Source: Alphaproteobacteria bacterium (GTDB taxonomy: Bacteria > Pseudomonadota > Alphaproteobacteria > GCA-2731375). Taken from it: a DNA stretch of 64,000 nt. This document shows positions 62,301 to 64,000 of this stretch, in pieces. The notes beneath the pieces were generated by a model. The model did no database searches. It had not been told where the DNA came from and saw nothing but the letters and a program-made list of their open reading frames with translations. The position numbers were made by a program, and so were the translations under genes. The DNA lies in the NCBI GenBank assembly GCA_965225945.1, contig CBDDBZ010000021.1, positions 1 through 64,000 on the forward strand, given 5' to 3'. Each line of letters opens with the position of its first letter. Position 1 is the first letter of the stretch.

Positions 62301-63845
62301 AGCGGCGTCGGCTTCGTGGCGACGGACTCGGACGGCGACCCGACGCCGGCGGCGAGCTTCGACGTGACGATCGTCGACGACATTCCGTCGATCGATTCCG
62401 CCATCGACGGCATCTTGGCGAGCGAATCGGGGAACGCGCTCAGCGGAACCTACGAAGCCGACTTCGGCGCCGACGGGCTCGACCTGCTGACCGTGGCGCT
62501 GGGCAACGCTGTGACCGACTTCGCCTTCACGGAGTTGGCTCCGGTCGGCGGCGTGACCCAGGTCAACGTGACGCCGACGGCGGGCGACGACTTCACCTTC
62601 TACTACACCAAGACGGATGGTGGGGTCGGCACGCCGGCGCTGCTCGAGGCCTACGGCGATCTCGCCCTCTCCGAAGTCAATCGGTTCTTCACCATGGCGG
62701 TGAACGACGACGGGACCTATGATTTCGATCTCCACAGCAACGCGATCGCCACTCGCACGACGACCGATTTCAGCACCGTCGATCCCGGCATCAAGGATCA
62801 GCTCCACCTGCCGTCGGGGACCGAGGATCCGCCGGCCGACGGGATTTTCTCGGTGCTGGTCGACGCGCTGGCGCCGGACAGCAACGGAGTTCTGCAGGAC
62901 GTCCGGGTCAACACCTCAACGCACGGCATCGGCGCCTCGAACCAGAACACGGTTCAGGGCGAGGTGGTGACCTTCGACTTCCGGAACGATCAGTCCTTGG
63001 TCCGCTTCGACGTCACCAAGTGGCAATCCGGCGCGGCGGTGCTGACCATCATCGTGACCCTGGCGGACGGCTCCACCCACACCGAGGACGTGCCCGTCAC
63101 CAAGACCAGCGGCGGTAGCGATCCGACGGTCGAGGTGGTGTTTGGCACGCTCCCGACGGGCCTGGCCGACGCGGCGGTGGTCGTGGCTCAGGAATTCGAC
63201 CATATCGACGTCGTGTACAAGACCGGCACCGAGAACATCAACTACAACAACCTGGAGTTCGACCAGGAGTTCATCGTCGACGACCTGGCCTTCAACTTCA
63301 CGCTGGGGGCCACCGACAACGATGGCGACACGGCCACGCTCACGGATGCGGTGATGATCGATATCGAGAGCTACGTCGACGCGGGCGACAGCATCGTCGG
63401 CAGCGGCGATGGCGAGGCGATCGCCGGTGGCACCGGCGACGACACGCTCACGGGCCTCGGCGGCGACGACTTCCTGTTCGGCGGCGCCGGCGACGACGAG
63501 CTCTCGGGTGGGACCGGCGACGACGTCTTCTTCTCCGACGCCGCCGCCCTTGCCGACGGCGACGGGACGGGCCTCACCGATCACGACGTCATCCTCGACT
63601 ACGAGGCCGGCGACACCATCGATCTCGATGCCCTGTTCGATTTCCTCGATCCCGATCGCACGACGGATGTGAATACGGATCCGGTCGTGACGGAGGACAA
63701 TTCGATCGACCGCACAGGCGACAGCACGATTGACACCCTGATCACGGTCACCGACGAGAGTGGCGGCGCCGTTTCGGACTTCTCGATCGTGCTGAACGAC
63801 TTCACCGGTACCGTCGACATAGACGAAGGCACCGGCGGCGTCTGA
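56316..63845 (+). CDS. large RTX/T1SS adhesin (LapA-like)
   Basis: 2509 aa, acidic; EAAAGGGGG retention-type motif, Ig/cadherin-like repeats, C-terminal GGxGDD nonapeptides, no Sec signal. Confidence 0.9.
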   Translation: MMADSIETTGMNESAGTTTGMAENLAAVDDSVLVGAEGQVTAVGQADLGETVEVTDESQEIAVDPGDDFVLPEGIASGDIQYSQFEGSLVIVLPSGSEITFTDFFVIASQQEEGGLPPVLTLADGTVMDPPLVIAQIADFDPNAVEAAAGGGGGTGGNASFSPYASGDIGPGDAALDLLGNLPGFPFDLGNLEEEFLDEAGGLFQVVTALSQVVPVGLPTDLPSSVTGLISGDFDGGFEDALPNQHLGAVDAANETKTQLVIEFVPDDDEVVESFAVEGIPLDVRIFIRPLDGGADVELAHDGSVTVPGSLLNNIFLIPPEDNDADIPLSFSAVVVDPQNPTNPVTLTGTFTVVIDAVADVPSVGPTGTGGGFVAGAIPSVEGEAGGTVAVNLDVVSNDIDGSETTAVQLFFSSPQNFTAADFDVIAVGAELVVPEDGSPPFWVVPQEGFAGLQIVVPESATETVDVFAFGVATETLITGEELTFDNNQASTKKAVAFQIALEGELIVNIGNPTFLETETDDVLTISFADLQVSATLGGAGRPDLVESVTATFENLPDGAVILDASGNVVATASGGTISVTAPSLDDFNALTLQLPADFATPGPGGVIDPGDISGTVVVESPVAVLNPQPGSIAIDVAVEGDIDVTAAPETTAEDQNLATISDGAGNSVTLNVVVLNLAAVATDADGSETVQTATVTFNDVPAGTGVLFFGTAGATIATVERSVNPDGTEDLVVSNLSPAELATLRLGVPEDYSGTITGNVVSAFTDEQGEDSATFMVVVTPTPVLVLPSENIGGSGLDQETDQPITVDLNLSAAITDGDGSEVLTSITVTFDQLPAGTTASGGTLTGLVWSGTQAELSALALTFPTDYSSEDGGVINGSLRVTTDEGGDQTVGFTVPVLPEEDLDVVANDVTVPESDTGVTVNLSLSATVTDQDGSEVVDSVTVTFTGLPAGSSVNGGTLVGGVWSGTAVELAALQLTLPASFTGDITGLLNTGLLNATSDEGGNESAPFTITVDAMPDVIAVDDVTVDEDGFETANLDDSPLRPGEVDSTESTTGTGTITVDFEADVPATLDGSLRLLDSPALDGQLTTLDGGSVSFTSPDGGLTLVGTVPDGEGTREVLTIAVQTGASASGTEVTYTYVATLNEPLEHPDPEEGGNTENTLTLSGVGFVATDSDGDPTPAASFDVTIVDDIPLAVNDATTTAEDTQVTYNVITNTDGTSDASGADAPLTLVSAGLSSGSGSVSFASNGDVTFTPANGFEGDAVIAYTIEDQDGDRSSATLTVTVGDDSTPIVTLDEDVTVDEDGLSGANLDGTPLRTGEVDSTEDDTATGTIKVDYLNAADVPGTPDGSLKLLDSAALDGQLTTLDGLSVSFALDGDQKLVGSVTDGQNVTREVLTIEVQTGASASGTEVTYTYVATLNEPLEHPDPEEGGNTENTLTLSGVGFVATDSDGDPTPAASFDVTIVDDIPLAVDDATTTAEDTQVTYNVITNTDGTSDASGADAPLTLVSAGLSSGSGSVSFASNGDVTFTPANGFEGDAVIAYTIEDQDGDRSSATLTVTVGDDSTPIVTLDEDVTVDEDGLSGANLDGTPLRTGEVDSTEDDTATGTIKVDYLNAADVPGTPDGSLKLLDSAALDGQLTTLDGLSVSFALDGDQKLVGSVTDGQNVTREVLTIEVQTGASASGTEVTYTYVATLNEPLEHPDPEEGGNTENTLTLSGVGFVATDSDGDPTPAASFDVTIVDDIPLAVDDATTTAEDTQVTYNVITNTDGTSDASGADAPLTLVSAGLSSGSGSVSFASNGAITFTPANGFEGPAVIDYTIQDQDGDQSSASLTVTVGDDSTPVVTQDDDVTVDEDGFQSANLDGTPTLRPGEVDSTELTAATGTIKVDYQNAADVPGTLDGSLRLLDSVALDGQLTTLDGGSVSFTSPDGGLTLVGTVPDGEGTREVLTIAVQTGASASGTEVTYTYVATLNEPLEHPDPAEGGDTENTLTLSGVGFVATDSDGDPTPAASFDVTIVDDIPSIDSAIDGILASESGNALSGTYEADFGADGLDLLTVALGNAVTDFAFTELAPVGGVTQVNVTPTAGDDFTFYYTKTDGGVGTPALLEAYGDLALSEVNRFFTMAVNDDGTYDFDLHSNAIATRTTTDFSTVDPGIKDQLHLPSGTEDPPADGIFSVLVDALAPDSNGVLQDVRVNTSTHGIGASNQNTVQGEVVTFDFRNDQSLVRFDVTKWQSGAAVLTIIVTLADGSTHTEDVPVTKTSGGSDPTVEVVFGTLPTGLADAAVVVAQEFDHIDVVYKTGTENINYNNLEFDQEFIVDDLAFNFTLGATDNDGDTATLTDAVMIDIESYVDAGDSIVGSGDGEAIAGGTGDDTLTGLGGDDFLFGGAGDDELSGGTGDDVFFSDAAALADGDGTGLTDHDVILDYEAGDTIDLDALFDFLDPDRTTDVNTDPVVTEDNSIDRTGDSTIDTLITVTDESGGAVSDFSIVLNDFTGTVDIDEGTGGV
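59391..62387 (+). repeat. about 828-bp (276-aa) intragenic tandem repeats, about 3.6 copies
   Basis: DVTVDEDG units start at 59391, 60213, 61041 and 61869. Confidence 0.93.
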
Positions 63846-63865
63846 TCGCGAGCCGACCAACGACC

Positions 63866-63891
63866 GGCCGGTCCCCGCGCGGGGACCGGCC
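63866..63891 (+). terminator. GC-rich hairpin after adhesin gene
   Basis: ggccggtcccc-gcgc-ggggaccggcc, 11-bp stem; no U-tract. Confidence 0.5.
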
Positions 63892-64000
63892 CCATCGCCC
63901 GGCGGAACTCATCCTTGCTCGGATCGCCTGGCCGCGCGCGGGGCGCCCCGTTGCCGGTTCAATCTCGTCTGATCGCCTGAAGTTTGATCAGCATCGAGAG

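Noticed and set aside
56562-62807. 894-aa and 926-aa minus-strand ORFs
   Set aside because: Shadows of the adhesin gene.

Overview
High-GC alphaproteobacterial chromosome segment. The chpT-cheAWYBR/ctrA/fliI-fliJ synteny suggests a Rhodospirillales-like organism. In order it carries: partial argE, a J-domain gene, two tandem class III cyclase-TPR genes, chrB-chrA, a two-subunit NAD-linked formate dehydrogenase, a chemotaxis/CtrA/flagellar-export block, catabolic oxidoreductases, queF, a ParE-type TA pair, pcm plus a spermidine-synthase-like membrane gene, a lower-GC coxMNOP-type oxidase block beside tRNA-Gln(TTG), rpsD, trmJ and a 2509-aa RTX/LapA-like adhesin. The dominant signal is apparent gene decay. 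Two complete IS elements with clear TIRs and TSDs (IS1595, IS1182-like) split genes. Frameshifts or nonsense codons hit cheA, a cyclase, an OGT-like TPR gene and a DUF1194 gene. Short tandem duplications occur in ctrA and the adhesin. A 17-bp tandem array over the rpsD RBS and start codon leaves this normally essential gene with no in-frame ATG. Consensus-sequence errors cannot be excluded for the point lesions. The best candidates for undescribed biology are the rpsD initiation-site array, the cyclase pair with a shared catalytic module, and a possibly exported Pcm coupled to a membrane SAM-domain protein. No CRISPR array, rRNA or integrase was seen.
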